64,000 nt of DNA from the human T2T-CHM13v2.0 reference genome, Homo sapiens (GCF_009914755.1 NC_060925.1), one strand, 5' to 3'; numbered from the stretch's first letter, positions 15,800-31,979 are shown. A program made the numbers and translations. The notes: generated by a model from the letters alone, not told the origin.

Positions 15800-15985
15800 T
15801 GTGGTCATATGGGGTAGAATATCGGATCAAATCATAACTTCTCCATGCCCTGTTTCTTCATCAGAACAGAAATAAAAATAGTATCTAATTCGTATATTTG
15901 TTGTGATAATTAGGTAAATTCAAACATAAATCATAGAGTAGTGACTGGTAGGTAATAAGCCATAATATACACTAACTATTTTTAT
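15800..15985 (+). mobile_element. MIR
   Basis: cctgtttcttcatc...ggtaggtaataagc...aactattttt. Confidence 0.6.
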
Positions 15986-16149
15986 TAAATATGATAATGT
16001 GTTTATGGGTCTTGGTAATTCAACTATGGGGTAAGTAGGGAAAGAAATGTTATCTATAAAAATGACCCTTTTGCCCTCCATTTTATAGCTGGGGAATGGT
16101 CTGTTTAATGCTAACTAGGGCTACTTTCTGGTTGTTTGCACAACGAGAG

Positions 16150-16460
16150 CCAAGTGTCCATCACTCAGATAATAGCAGAGTGATGATCTCTCCAAACTAG
16201 ATAGATTTGAAATGGTTTCAAGAATTGGGGTTTCTTAGTCTAGAATAAAGAAGACTAGAGAGGAGATACAACCACCGTCTTCAAATATAGAAGGGCTGAC
16301 ATAGAGAGAAACAGTTACATCTATTTTGTTTGTATCTAGAGGACAGAACCATGACCAGCTGGGTAGAAGTTAAAGGGAAACTTGAACTCAACATAGGAAG
16401 AATTCTCTAATAATCAGCATTGTATAACAAGATATGGGCAGTTCATAAAGCTATCTCCAC
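16150..16460 (+). mobile_element. L3/CR1 3' fragment
   Basis: tagtctagaataaagaagact...gtcttcaaatatagaagggct...aggaagaattctctaa. Confidence 0.7.
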
Positions 16461-16469
16461 CAATGGAAG

Positions 16470-16645
16470 TGCTGTGTGACCTTAAACATATAACTTAAAC
16501 TATCTGTACCTTGGTTTCTTCATCTGCAAAATGAGAATAACAATAGCTACTTTCGAGGGATGTTGTGAAGACTAAATACATTTATATGTATATAGTCTTT
16601 CAAACAGTGCTGGAACACATTTGGCATTCTATGGGTGTTAGCCAT
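16470..16645 (+). mobile_element. MIR
   Basis: gctgtgtgacctt...ggtttctcatctgcaaaatgagaataa. Confidence 0.8.
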
Positions 16646-17779
16646 TGTATAACTGACTTATAAAGGTGAAAAGGGGCAAGTGTTGTTATCTCTTACATGA
16701 TGGAAATAAGATCAATTATCAAGCAACCTGGTTTACTCTTAGGCAACTGATCATTATGGCAATGGGAATTACCTAAGCTGTCTCTGGCATCATTGGTATA
16801 TCCCTCAGCAAGGGTACTCTCTTCAGTCTCAATTCTTATTGGCATCAACTGTGTCGTATATATTTTTAGAGATTTCCACAATGCCCAGGCAGTGAGCCTT
16901 CAATAAATACATGTTGTCTAGACATACATAGTGGTACCTTCTCATGGAAAGAGTATTGATTTATGCCCTATAATTACAAGTATCTCTACATCCTTCTCTA
17001 ATCAGGATCGGTGAAGTCACCGTCTAACTGCTTCCAGACAGTCATTTTAAATTTATTTCTAACTCAACAGTCTCTGCAATTTAACTTGATTAAATACAAC
17101 ACAGGTTTAATTGGAACTTAGCTGCAAATTAAGAGCAAAGAATCCATAGAATTGACTGCTCTTTAAATATAGTTTAGCTCAGTAAGCTAATAGTTCTTTT
17201 ATGGAGATGCCACACTGAGTAGACATTAAATTGTGGTTCAAACAGCAAAACAAACAAATAGTGTGTGGGCCTCTGAGTATTTATTGTGATTATGCTATAT
17301 GAGTAATAAGTAATATTTGAGGACATTAGTCATTATTGGCTTTGCATACTTCCTTTGCATGTGGGAGCCAGGATAAACAAGCCCTGGGATGCCCTCCTTT
17401 TTCTTGTGTGGGCTCATAATTAAGGGCTAGGGGAGAGTTATTCCCTCTGTAGAAATTTGGTACTGCTGATTTACATATATTTGCTGTTTTTGTAATCCAA
17501 AAATCTGGGGTGTTTATGGGTCTGCAATTCTGTGTGGCTCTGTGCCTGTAGAAGAGCTAGTAGAAAATGACACATTTGTCCGAGTTTCAGACTTACCATT
17601 ATGAGACAGTTTGTCTTTTTCTGGGCAAGGACATAAAGATCTGCAGGGATTATAGTCACACTGCACTTGTGACAGATACATGGGTTGAAAAGAAGAGCGG
17701 CATTTTCTCCCCCTCCCCTATTTTCTTTGGAGTATGCTTTTTAATTGTTTTCTGTATATACTTTTGTGTAAGTTACGAG

Positions 17780-18300
17780 GACTTGCAGAAGGTTCTTCAG
17801 AAGACAGGAGATATGATAAGATTTATCTTTCTGGAAAGTTAATGCTGGTAGCACAGGGAAGGCATGGCTAAAAAGAATAAACTGGAGAAGAGAAATAAGT
17901 TAGGATCCTACTGAAAAAATTCAGGTATAAAATGAAGATCTTTAATAATAACTGGGAATGGGAGAAACACCAAATTCCAGATACAGACCTAAAGTAGAAA
18001 TGGTAGGGTTTATTGGTCCATGAGCTGTGTGAGATGAAGAGGAGCTCAGGTTAATCATAATGTTTAGAGGACTGAGGGAATGATGACACTGCTAACTGGG
18101 ATTTGGAAATGGGGAAAGAGAATAGGACCGGGGAATGATGCATTCGGTTTTGGACCTGCTGTGTTTGAGATTTATTTGCAGCTCTTTAAACATAGTTTGG
18201 ATTCGTAAGCTCATAGTCAGATGAAGACATTTGGAAATATGGGTCTGGCACTTAAGCCATATGTCACATCTGGCCTGTAGACTTGGGAGACATTTGAGCA
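17780..18300 (-). mobile_element. L2 fragment
   Basis: gatatgataagattt, ttttggacctgctgtgtttgag, tagacttgggag. Confidence 0.65.
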
Positions 18301-18673
18301 CAATGTTACAATGTCCTCACTGGTTCCCAGCTTTCATTAAAATGTATCTAAACAACTATATAAAATATAAAAATATTTCACTTCTTAATATAAGGTACCT
18401 GAGATCTGGAAAAAGTGACATTATTTTGTCCTGCATTTTTTTTTCAATCTTAAGAATTAAATAAAGCCCAGGAAAAGTCTTCTGTGGTAGGCAGAATAAC
18501 AGCCTCCCAAAGATGTCCATATCCTTATCTCTGGAACCAGTGAATACATTTCCTTACATAGGAAAAGGGACTTTAGAATTGTGATTGAGTTAAAGACCTG
18601 GAGATGAGGAGATTATACTTGATTACCTGGGTCGGCACGATCTAATCACACTGGTCCTTAAAAGAAGAGAAAC

Positions 18674-18997
<324 letters not shown>

Positions 18998-19224
18998 CTA
19001 CAGAGGAATGCTCAAAGAATAGTGACAATGCTGGCCTTGAAGATGAAGGAAGAAAGTCATGAGCCAAGGAATATAGGTGGCCTCTAGGAGCCAGAAAAGG
19101 TAAGGAGACAGATTCTTCACTAGAGCCTCCAGAAAGGGGCACAGCCCTGTGACGACTTGATGTTTGCCACCTAGACCTGTGTCGGGCCTCTAACCTAACA
19201 ACTGTAAGATAAATTTGTGTTGTT

Positions 19225-19567
19225 TGTCAGGCCAGATCCCTATTAACTTTAATAGAGATGGCAACAGTTTCAAGAGGCTGAGGAAGAGACCTGGAGCCAG
19301 CAAACGAGACATAGGGTTTTATTTAGGGGAACCTACATACAGGGACAGTCCAGTGGTGGCAAACTGAATGGTAGAACCAAAGCTGCTTACAAAAAAGAAT
19401 GCGGTTTATATAGCACTTTCAGTTAGCACCCTCCCCTGGCCACCTCCACGTGACAACCCTCATTTCTTAAGTTATTGCTATCAGGTGTGTCTGTCATCCA
19501 ACAGGTGTGCCTGCCATACAGGGGATGCCTAAGTTAACTGATTGCTGTCAGGTGTATCTACCATACA
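19225..19567 (-). mobile_element. Short solo LTR (LTR47-like), nested in MLT1D
   Basis: TG...CA ends with tgtt on both sides; antisense polyA signal (ttttatt) and TATA (tttatata); resembles recalled LTR47 consensus. Confidence 0.7.
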
Positions 19568-19608
19568 TGTTTTAAACCACCGCGTCTGCACTAATATATA
19601 TATATATA

Positions 19609-19901
<293 letters not shown>

Positions 19902-20689
19902 CAATAATTTTTTTATAGCAGCAATAGAAAAGGAATACATCTTCTCAGTTACAAAGTTTTAGTACTTGCTGCTGAGAAATAATTTTTCTTTATCATCATC
20001 AATATTTATTAACCTCTTGTCATCCAATGGTATATATCCTATCTGAACTTGGTTTCCTCCAGTGCAAAGTGAGATGATGTTATCTGACCTAACGGATATG
20101 TTTTAAGAATTTAAATGAGAGTCCACATGTAAAATGCACATCATATATTACAACACGCTGGTGAAGCATCAACTGCTGGCAGTGACATTTTCTTGTCCTA
20201 GTCATTGCAGGTGTAAAGATAAGTGCTTTTATCTCAAAGCCTTTCCACATTTTTGGGAGGAAGAACTACCATTGCTAGTAAAGATCCTGGCAGTTCTTTG
20301 CCTAATGGCAATTTCTGAAAAGAGTCACTGAAGATCTGATGGGGAGACGTTTCAGTCATGGGTGACTTCAAGAAAGATAATTTTTGAGTGGACTTTGAAA
20401 GAAGACTGGGATTTCATCAGAAGAGAGGAGGGTGAGTAAGGACCCCAAGAGTCAGGCACCATTGTGAAAAACAGCCTAAGAAAAAACTGAAGAATACTTT
20501 TGGGCAATATAATCGGTATCAATCATAATTGACCTTGACTGATGTTCTAAGTGTTCTAAGAACTTTGAAAATGATAAGAGCAGAGGGTGTAAAAAAATCT
20601 GCCTTCATTTTCCATGATTTCTCAGTTTTGTGACTTTTTTTGATCATTTCATCAATTATTATTAAAACTCACTGTTTGCTTGCATGCCA

Positions 20690-22150
<1,461 letters not shown>

Positions 22151-23539
22151 GGCATCCATCAGGAAGAAAGAAAAATAAAAACAAGAAACAGGAAGGCAGA
22201 ATGGAAGGACATAGACAGGGTAGGAAGGCAGGCAGGGAGGAGCTGTGTGGCAGCAGTTCTTGGAGTGACAGTGAAATGGAGAGCAGGGAATCTCGTTAGG
22301 AGGTTAACCTGAGGGTGCAGGTACACGAGGACAAGGCCTGGACCAGTTTCGTGGTAGGAAGAGTGGACAGAAAGCATAGGACATGAGGAGGACTGCAAAA
22401 AAAAAAAAGAAAAAGAAAAAGAAAAAAAAAAAGGACAGAATGTAGGGCAGAGTGTCGCCTTGCTAAGCCCCTGAGTGGTGGTCTCCAAGGGCAGGAGAGC
22501 TCTGTCTGAAAAATCATACCATGAACTGAGATTCCAATGTTCCACTGTGGGCTTCCCACTAGAACAACTCATGGATTTTTCAAACCATCAAAAGGTAATT
22601 TAAAACAGCAGAACCCATGCATTATTGCTTTGTGAGTCACAAGGCCCTTCATTAAAATAAGTTTGTCACACATCTGGTCAGTATTTAGACAAAATGACTT
22701 TTGCATTTAGTATTAGGATTGAGATAACCATTTGCATGTAGGTTTTGGTAGTAGTTTGGATTTGTTTCTGGAAAAATCAACCAAGTCAGAGCGTCAGAGG
22801 GACACAGAGAGCAATGCTTTCTGTTTCATTTATTGACCAAGGGCACCCCATCCTAAGCCACAGCCTCTGGGGCACTCACACAGCTTAATTCTGAGAGACA
22901 GCCCTGCCACTGCCACTTACCATCCACACCGAAGACTGCACAAGCCCAGGCCAGGCTCCTGGGCCATGTGCTCCTCTGCCACAAAGATGGTGAACTCCAT
23001 TTCCTCTCTGCCCCAAACCTGCAGTCAGCAGGACTTCAAAGACCAGACTCCTGTGGCGCCTCCTCCCCCTTGAGGAAGCAGCAGTCCTCAAGTTCTATGG
23101 AAGTGTATCTCACAGAAAATCCACCCTTGTGTTAGGAATTCAAGCTCATCAGTGTTGTCACTGAAATGCCAGATAATTCTGAAATGAGCCTTTGATAAGC
23201 CATGTTGAATCTGACCCAGATAATCTACTAGAAGCACAAACAAGTAAGGGGCTTGAGGTGCAGGACACAGAACTGGCCACTGCTGCCCTCTGGGCCACAG
23301 AGAGAGGGTCAAGCCTTCAACAATGACCCTGCCCATGGGCCGAGGCCACAGGAAGCTGAAGGTGACAATGGGAGCAGAGAACGGGCTTTTCTCTCTCCCA
23401 TCTGGAAGCACCATCTCGCTCCTGAAACTCTCCCTGCCCTTGCCCCTCTCCTCTGCTGTCCCCCTCCCTGCCCCCGGCTTTTTTTTTTTTCTTTTTTTTC
23501 TGGAAATGCTCTGCCATCATTTCCAGCTCTTATTACAGT

Positions 23540-23985
23540 TTGCTAGCTCGGTGACTCTGAGTAAGTTGCTTATATTGTTTGATAAGAAGATGAGGATAAA
23601 AGTATTAACCTACTGGATTATTATAAGGAATAAATAGCTACTGTTTTACAGATGAGCCTAGCTAGGTCAGTACCTGGTGCACAGAGGATTTAATAAATAC
23701 CATTTCTTTCTTGACTAGCGTGTAGCACTTGGTTAGGAGTGTGGACTCTGGAGTGAGACAGTCTAGGTTAAAATCCAGCTCTGCTAAACTACTATAGCTA
23801 TGTGACCTTACATTCATTTCTTAACTTCTGTTCACCTCAGCCTTCTCCTCTATAAAATGGGGATAGGAATCACACCTACTTCAATAGGGTATTATAAGGA
23901 TTAACTAAATTACTGTATGCAACCTGCTTGGAATAGTACTGGGTTATGCAAAATAAGCATCGCAAAGCTTAGCTCTTATTATTAT
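23540..23985 (+). mobile_element. Two adjacent MIR elements
   Basis: MIR cores near 23550-23710 and 23715-23985 (tatgtgacctt...ctataaaatgggga). Confidence 0.75.
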
Positions 23986-24424
23986 TCTCCTCTTTACATA
24001 GGTATGATTCATTTAAGCAGTTTCATGGAGCCAACAGAACATTACTACATCCATATAGGGTACTCAGTACCTCCCTGTGATTTAAATGAAGGAATGGATG
24101 AACCTCTTTTCAACATTGGGGGTACTTTATAATGTATTTTATAAAATTGTCATTCAGACAGGAAGTATTTTCTGAGGGTCTTTTATATACCACACACTGT
24201 GCTGGGTTCCAGGGACACTGTACCTCACAAAGTAGGCAAAGCCTCTGCTCCAAGACTTGCTATCTGGTTCTAAAAGTCTTTGCCATTCTATAGTCCTGCT
24301 GCCTTGCTTAGCAAATGAGGACGCCAAGGCCCAACCAAAACAAGGCATTTCTGGGAGGCAGTTACTTGTGGACATGTCGCTTATTTTTAGGACTCGTGTG
24401 TCAAGACCTCATTTGGTTTGTTGA

Positions 24425-24745
<321 letters not shown>

Positions 24746-24937
24746 TCTGATGCCCTTCTTTGTGAGGGAATCAATACAACCTGGTGGAAAGAGCTGGGAT
24801 CTCCAGTGAGACAAAACCTGGTTCTGCCACGTACCAATTGTGCCAGTGGGCAACACACTTAAACTCTTGTGGCTTTAGTTCCTCATCTGTACAATGGAAT
24901 AGCAGCCTCTGTTGTGTCAGTAAGAGTCTCTGTATTG

Positions 24938-25170
24938 CAGAGGCTACAGACTGAGAGCTGGGAGACTCACACGTCTCACATGGTGCATTTATTGTGTTTA
25001 ATTGAATTCATGACAGACATTTAACATTTGGGAAATTTTCTATGAAACCTAGATTTCTGGCTGCTTTTGACAAGTCAGAAGGTCTGGCAGAAACACCTAG
25101 CTGGAGTGAACAGCTGCCTCTGGGATGGGACATGAATCTTTCAATGTGGCACAGTCCCCACCTTCCTCCA
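24938..25170 (+). mobile_element. MER102-like hAT-Charlie fragment
   Basis: agatttctggctgcttttgacaagtcagaaggtctggca...cacagtccccacc resembles recalled consensus. Confidence 0.6.
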
Positions 25171-25916
25171 TCCATTGCTTACACCTGGACTGCTCCATTC
25201 ATTAACCCACTCTGTCGGCATGGAAGCTTGCAGGGCCTGCTGTATGGATGATAGCTTTATAGGGGGATGTTATTGTAAACAATCAGGGTATTTCCCTGAC
25301 TGGTGAATGCTCACTGAAATGTTTGCCTCTGCTGTGGATATGCAGAGCATGCTTTCTCCAGACATCTTTCTCCTTTTAGCTTCATAGGAGATTTAGGCGG
25401 CATGAGAAAGATGTGGTAGTATAGATGCATCAGTGTAAATACAAAAGTAATAGAAATGCATCCATATAAATATAAAAGTACCTGACTGCAGCACCCATTA
25501 GGAAAGAAGAGAGGAGGGCAAGGGAAAGAAGAGCTCTACCCTGAGAAACCAGGGGCTGTTAAGATGCGGTGTGCTGGCTGGGGTCTCGTGAGGAATGGCA
25601 GTTTGGCAGACCACTTTATCTCCTTCCTTCCTTCCTTCCTGGGGCCAACATGAGTCTTATTTATAACTTAGCTCTGAGTCCCTTCATGTTAAATCAGTAA
25701 CTGAGTAGGCTGCAGGGCTAAGAGTGGAAAGTAGCTTTCTAGACATCTAGATTACAAAGCTGTGTGGTGCAACAGAAAGAGCCCTAAACAAGGGGCCAGA
25801 AACTGGGAGCCAGTCCTCATTCAGGCTCCTGATCTGTCATGGATTGGTTGTGTCTCCATTGTAAGTCATGTAGCATGAGTTAGGGTGTTTACATCCACCT
25901 ACCTTAGGAGAGGCTG

Positions 25917-25990
25917 TAATAAGATAACTCTAATAAGATATATTATAATATATAATAAGTATATATATAGTTATCTTATTAGAGTTATCC

Positions 25991-26027
<37 letters not shown>

Positions 26028-26042
26028 CAGAGAGATGTTGGG

Positions 26043-26097
<55 letters not shown>

Positions 26098-26200
26098 TAT
26101 CAATTATACACTGATATATCTATCTATATCTTATTAGCATCTAATACATATAAATACACATACCTACATATAAATGCACCATGGAGAGTATACAAAGTAT
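25917..26200. repeat. AT-rich block: inverted repeat plus two (TA)n(GA)n modules
   Basis: Directly visible. Confidence 0.9.
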
Positions 26201-26419
26201 ATGAGAGTTATTAGAGATGTAATTGTCTATGAGAATCCATGCTGACCAGACAGAACTCTGGGTCCAGGGCCATGAGGTGAAGGAGGGCATTGGGGCTCAT
26301 TACTACAGCATCTGCAGAGAAGCCAGGCATTTGTGCTGGAGGTAATCAGGGCAGAACTTTATTACCCCAGTAAAAGATGCAATATTAATAGCCAAAAAAT
26401 ACTTTTAAGGAAATTGATT

Positions 26420-27220
26420 TATTGAGTCCATATAAGGTATTTGGAGGATGAAGGTACCTGAAACCATTCATATGAGGAACATATGAACAATGATGTGTAG
26501 CCTGAAAAAGGGAAGAAGGGAAAGATAACCAGAGGCTGTCTTTAAACATGACTCATGTCATATAGAAGAAGAATTTGACTCAGCTAGCCACAAAGAGAAA
26601 CTAAAGATCAATGGCAGAAATTACAAGTGTGCTGATTTTTCTCATTTATTAATTTATTTTTTTCATCTATCTAAAATAGCAATTAAGCAGGCAAGCTCAA
26701 AGCTACACACTTGCATTAAATCCCTACATTGTCATTAGCTAGCATGTGATCTTAGGCAATTCGTTTAGTCTCTGAGTCTCTTTTCGTTCAATTCTGTTAA
26801 AATAGAGATTAAAAATAATACTTATCACAAAGGGCTATTTTGAGAATTAAATGAGTCAATGCAGGGATGGCTATTGGTATAGGGTTTGGCATATACTAAG
26901 CACACAATAACTGTTAGCTATTATCATTCAATAAGCACTTACTATGTGCCAGATTCTATACTAGATGTTGGGCTGACAAAGGTAAATAGGGCACAGTCAC
27001 TCTCCAAGAACTTTCTAATCTGAAAGTGAATCAATATCTACAAGAATAATCCTGAGATAGAAATGTCTGCCTCTGGAGAAGCATCTGTTTCCCATGAGCA
27101 GCTGTTCTCACACAAAGGCTGATCAACTGCTTGGGAAGATGGAACAGAAGGAACTCAAGCTTCAGAAAGTTTCTTGGATTGGATCATCTTTAAGATGTCT
27201 CCTAACCCAAAAGTCTCTAA
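26420..27220 (+). mobile_element. L3/CR1 relic interrupted by MIR (26700-26925, +) and an L2 end (26925-27010, -)
   Basis: CR1 motifs tagcctgaaaaagggaag, gtctttaaa, aagaactttctaa; MIR and L2 motifs in between. Confidence 0.6.
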
Positions 27221-28274
27221 CTCTAAATTTCTTCCCAGAGACAGTGAATATCTATGTTCCAATTCATAGTCAGATAATAGGGTAGGGGGATGGAGAGCAG
27301 CTTAGCCCTCCACTGAAGTCCAAGTCGAAGCCTGATAGGGGAGCAGAGCTTGTGTGCCTGACCATGCTGCAATCACTAAGTCTTGTCCTGAACTTTGGTC
27401 CCGTGTCTCAAGGCAGTGACCTCCCTGTCAGGCAGGGGCCAGCCACAACTCCTTTTATTGTGGTGAGTACATGAGGGGCTGCGAGAGCCTCTGAAATGGT
27501 CTTGACCCTGTCTACAATATTTCATACCTGCCACTCACTGAGGTTTTGTTTACTCTAAAATTATGGGGAGGGTGACATTGTGCTTGGAGCATTTGATGAA
27601 TATGTTCCCTGAATCCTCACCCAACAAAAATTCACTTTGAAAAGAGAGCCTGAATTTAGGAATGTGTCTTGATTACGGGTTGCAGGCTGGCTTGCACTTT
27701 TGCCTCTTCTCTGTGATCCTTCCTTGGAAGCTATGACCAACAGCGTAACACTGACTTAGACCAGCAAGAAAACTGTTCAAAAAAGCAACTTTTTAGTCCA
27801 TCAACCTGCCAATGCCCTCAGCACTAACCAACACGTAACCTCAAAATATGCAGTGAGCTTTCACCAGTCAGGGAAACACCCTGATTGTTTACAATAACAT
27901 CCCCCTATAAAGCTATCATGCTTTTGTTAGCTGTCCAAGAATTCAGAAATACACAAACTAGAATAAAAAATACATGAAAGCTTTTTGTATTTAATTTGTA
28001 GTTTATAATAAGTTTATTTTTAATTAATGTAATTAGCCTAATTGTGTATTTCATGTCCACAAAAATCTTCAGTATTGGTATGCTTGAGTCCCCAATCCTA
28101 TTAACAAACCTTTTAATCCATACAGACCAAATTAAATAACTTAGCATTTGTTTCAGTATTATCCTTTAGTGTTCTTCATGCTTTGTGAATGTTGGTCTCA
28201 ACTCCTGAATGAGATAAGAATAGTGTTTTCAAAGTGGGAATCATACATCATCCCTTGAAATTCATTTCATCCTT

Positions 28275-28540
28275 ATCATAGTAATAACAATTATTGACTA
28301 AATCTTAGTGGAACCAGGAACTGGGCTAAGAGGTTTACATACATTTTCTTATTTTAATTCTTACCTCAATTGGTAAAATTATTATTATTGTATCCATTTT
28401 ACAAAGAAAGAGGCTGGAGCTCATAGAAACTAAGTATCTTGGCCAACTTTAAAAATACTAGTAAATTGCAAAACTGGAACACAAACCCAGATCTGTGGGA
28501 TTCAAATGCCCATCCACCTACTCCATTATGCTGCCTCCAG
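28275..28540 (-). mobile_element. MIR
   Basis: ccattttacaaagaaagaggctggagctc...aaacccagatctg. Confidence 0.75.
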
Positions 28541-29984
28541 CCCGTGCTGGACACAAAGTAAATTTTTCATAAATAATAAAATGATAATGACTCAGGCAGT
28601 TTTCTGGCAAGAAAGGCTACTATGATCCACTCCACTGGATATCTGTATATTGAGCAGGTTAAAATAGGCAAGAGGAGTCTTTGTGATTCTATTTCTTGGA
28701 AGTCCAAGATTTAGACAGAAAAAAATATGAGATCATTATGTGTAAAGAATCTTCATTTAGGAAAGGTTATATGTTGGATAAAATAAAAAGAAATATGTTT
28801 ACCCAATTAAAACTGGTCTTGGTTTAGAAAGGCTGAGATTTGAATGCAATGTGTTGGAATATATTAGGGGTTTGGGTGTGGTGAGATGGTGATGGTGGGG
28901 AGATATATTTACAAAATAAACTTCTTAAGTTAATATGGATTCTATTATCTGTTGTCCTTTCTTCTTTTTTTTCAAAAAAAAATTTAAAAAATGAAAATAG
29001 ACCCACAGACTGTTCTATTCTGCCTTGAAATTTAGGGGCGAATTGTAAGCATACTTTGAATATATTTTAGTCAGGGCCTATGAAATAGGGCCAAGTTCAT
29101 GATACTCTGAGACTAAAAGTATATTGCCTTATCTCCCCCTCATGCCAAATGAACAGAAAAGAAACTTGTTCTTTTTTTTAGCTTTTTATTTTGGATTTGT
29201 TGAATTGGCTTATTTTCAAATCTTGCAAGCAATACTTTTTACATTATTTTTGAAACCTCTTCTTAAAGAGATCTCACCACTTAAAAATGAAATTTTAGAA
29301 GGGACAGGAAAATGCAAAAGCATTGTTCTTGACTTTTAGGTTTTCAGAGTTTCTGGTGCTGGTGTCTTGCCTGCTCTGAAGGGTCGTGGGGATCCTCCGG
29401 ATTATAGTCACTTTGGGAGCAGTGGCCACGACAAGCACAAAGCTGTAAATCCCTAGAGTAAGGGGCAATCAATGGGTGCTTCACTGAAAAATAAAAAATA
29501 TTTACATTATAGGAAACAGGAAAAACAGGAAACAGGAAACAGGAAAAAGGAATGTTAGAAAACAGTCAAAGTTTTAAAAAGCCAAAGTCAAAAAAAATAA
29601 AAAATGGGGTGGGGAGAAGGGAAGTATCAAAACCCTTGCCATCACCTGCCCACTGAAGTGAGGATAAAATGTGGGGGAGATAGGGTCGTGGGGAACTATG
29701 CTTGAAATTGGGGTCTGAATTTTATGCAGACTTATCACATTCCAGGCATGTGAAAAGGTGGCTGAGACTAAATCTTCCCGACCTAATGCTGTGCAAAGAT
29801 ATAGTATCTCTCCTACCAACTGTAAAATGCCTGGGAGAAGACTTCAACATAACACTGCAGTAAAGCCTGGAGATTTTATATGTAATATTCAGTTCTGGTT
29901 GAAAAGCAAAGGTAGCATAATAGGTAGAAGACATTTTACTGAGGAAGGAATCTTAATTGGAGGTTGGAAGTTGGCAGACAAAAA

Positions 29985-30260
29985 TTTATTCATTCACTCA
30001 TTCATTCATTTGAAAATCATTTGTTGACTATCCAGTAGCTCTCAGGTCATAGGCCAGGCACTGAGATTATATCTACGAGTAATATGTAGTCTAGGTAGTC
30101 AAGAAACTCCCCTTCTGGATAAGGGGAAGCATCAATATGTGGGCACTGATTATGCAAAGTGCTAAGATGTAGGATAAAAGTATAAAGTTCCAAGAACACA
30201 CTTGGGAGGGTAATAAATACAGCTGTGAGGGTCCCCTAGGGACTGAGGTGGCATGTTTGG
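29985..30260 (-). mobile_element. L2 3' end
   Basis: ttcattcactcattcattc...tttgttgac...ggccaggcactgag. Confidence 0.65.
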
Positions 30261-30475
30261 TGTCAGCAACACATCTCAATGAAACTTTGTTGTTCTCTAA
30301 GGTTAATCGGTATGCAATGAAGTAATTTTAAAAATTGTATATGTGTGTATGTATTTGTGCATGTAAAATGACCTCGAACAGAAAGACAGCTAGTGAGATT
30401 GTGGTATTTAAATATTTGGTGATTTTATAATTCTCTTTATATATCTTTATAAATTTCACATGTTTACTATGAAAC

Positions 30476-30996
30476 TATGAGGAAAGAATTAACATAGAAG
30501 AGCTGGGTGCTCAGTCATTGCATGTCCCTAGAGGGCCTAGAATCATGATTCACACTTGGCTAGCCCCTGGCGTTTTCATATTGTGTATGCCTGGAGAAGG
30601 GGGCATGCTGTACGTGTCAAGATTTGTCATTGTTGTTTACCAAGATTTATGATGGACCTGGTTTCACATTGGGTCCTGAGTTTTGATTACTATGACTGGT
30701 CACATACAAGTATGTGCCTACATGACCAGCCCCCACTAAAAGCCTCAGTCCCTGAAACTAGAATGGACTTCCCTAGACAGAGACACTCTGCACATGCACC
30801 TGTAATTTATTTCTAGAGAAAAAGCATGTTTTGTGTAGCCCCACATGGTCAAGGATTCAGAAGCCTATGTCTGACCTCTGTAGACTCTACCCAATGCATA
30901 TCCTTCTCCTGCTCCTATAATAAACCTTAGCTGTGAATATAATGAGTCCTTCTAGTGAATCATGGAACTCAAGTTGGTCTTGGGATCCCTGAAACA
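30476..30996 (+). mobile_element. ERVL solo LTR, MER68/MER77/MER21 group
   Basis: aaagaattaacatag start; tgcctacatgaccagccccca; aataaa; ends ggtcttgggatccctgaaaca; flanks gaaac/gtaac. Confidence 0.75.
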
Positions 30997-31901
30997 GTAA
31001 CCCAAAAGATATATTAAGCAGCCATTATGAACCAGAGAGTCAGTATGGTGGTCAAGGTAGGATAAGGGAAGATGAGGGTGTTAGATATGACACTGTACTT
31101 TATTACTCTCATCTAAGGTAGAGTAAAACTCTTATTTGTTTTAAGAAAAATTCAATCTGCTTTTAAACTCTCACTGGTCAAGGTAACTGCAAAAGCATAA
31201 TGTTTACCATGACATGTTTAGGAAGGCTGTTTTTTCTTTTAGAGCCATGTAAGAATCTTGGAGGCCTTACCTAGTCCAGGTTTCTAGAAAGGGCCTTTGG
31301 CCTTTAGTCCACACTGGTTATTGATGACCTGCTTATTGTCCTTTGAAGGTGAATAGCTCTGCTGTCATCTGCCAAATTAGGGAACAGGAATGTCTGCTCA
31401 GATAGTGACCAACCTCCCAAAGTGACCAAGAAACCATTTCCATCTGAGAGCCTGACCTCCCTTCAGGATCTCTTATGGAAGCCAGGTGCTAGGTCCCACT
31501 ACTTAACAGAAACTATAGAACCCTACCTCTTCTCAAGAAAAGCACTTCCCTTCTCATGCAAGAATATTCTATTCATTTCAAATGTTAGATCCCCTGTGCT
31601 CTGAAAAATTTTCCTCTAATTTGTACAGATGAGATTTGCTGTCAGAAAACTCCTTAGAGGTCATCTTCTGGGAGTCTGGCAACATCTGCTTTGGGCCCTC
31701 TACCACAAAAGCCACTAATAACTACTCAGTCAAGACAATGCATACAAAGGTTTGGGTCTCTTCTTAGAATGTAAAGCGGGGAAAACATACATCAGCAAGA
31801 ACAACACAGACCATTAATCTTGCTGCAAATTACCTTGTTACATTAGGAAGACTCATTCTCTACCTAATAATGGCAATTAGTCTAGTAGATAAATTACTAT
31901 A

Positions 31902-31935
31902 TGTATTAGGATTCTCCAGAGGAACAGAACCAAGA

Positions 31936-31979
<44 letters not shown>

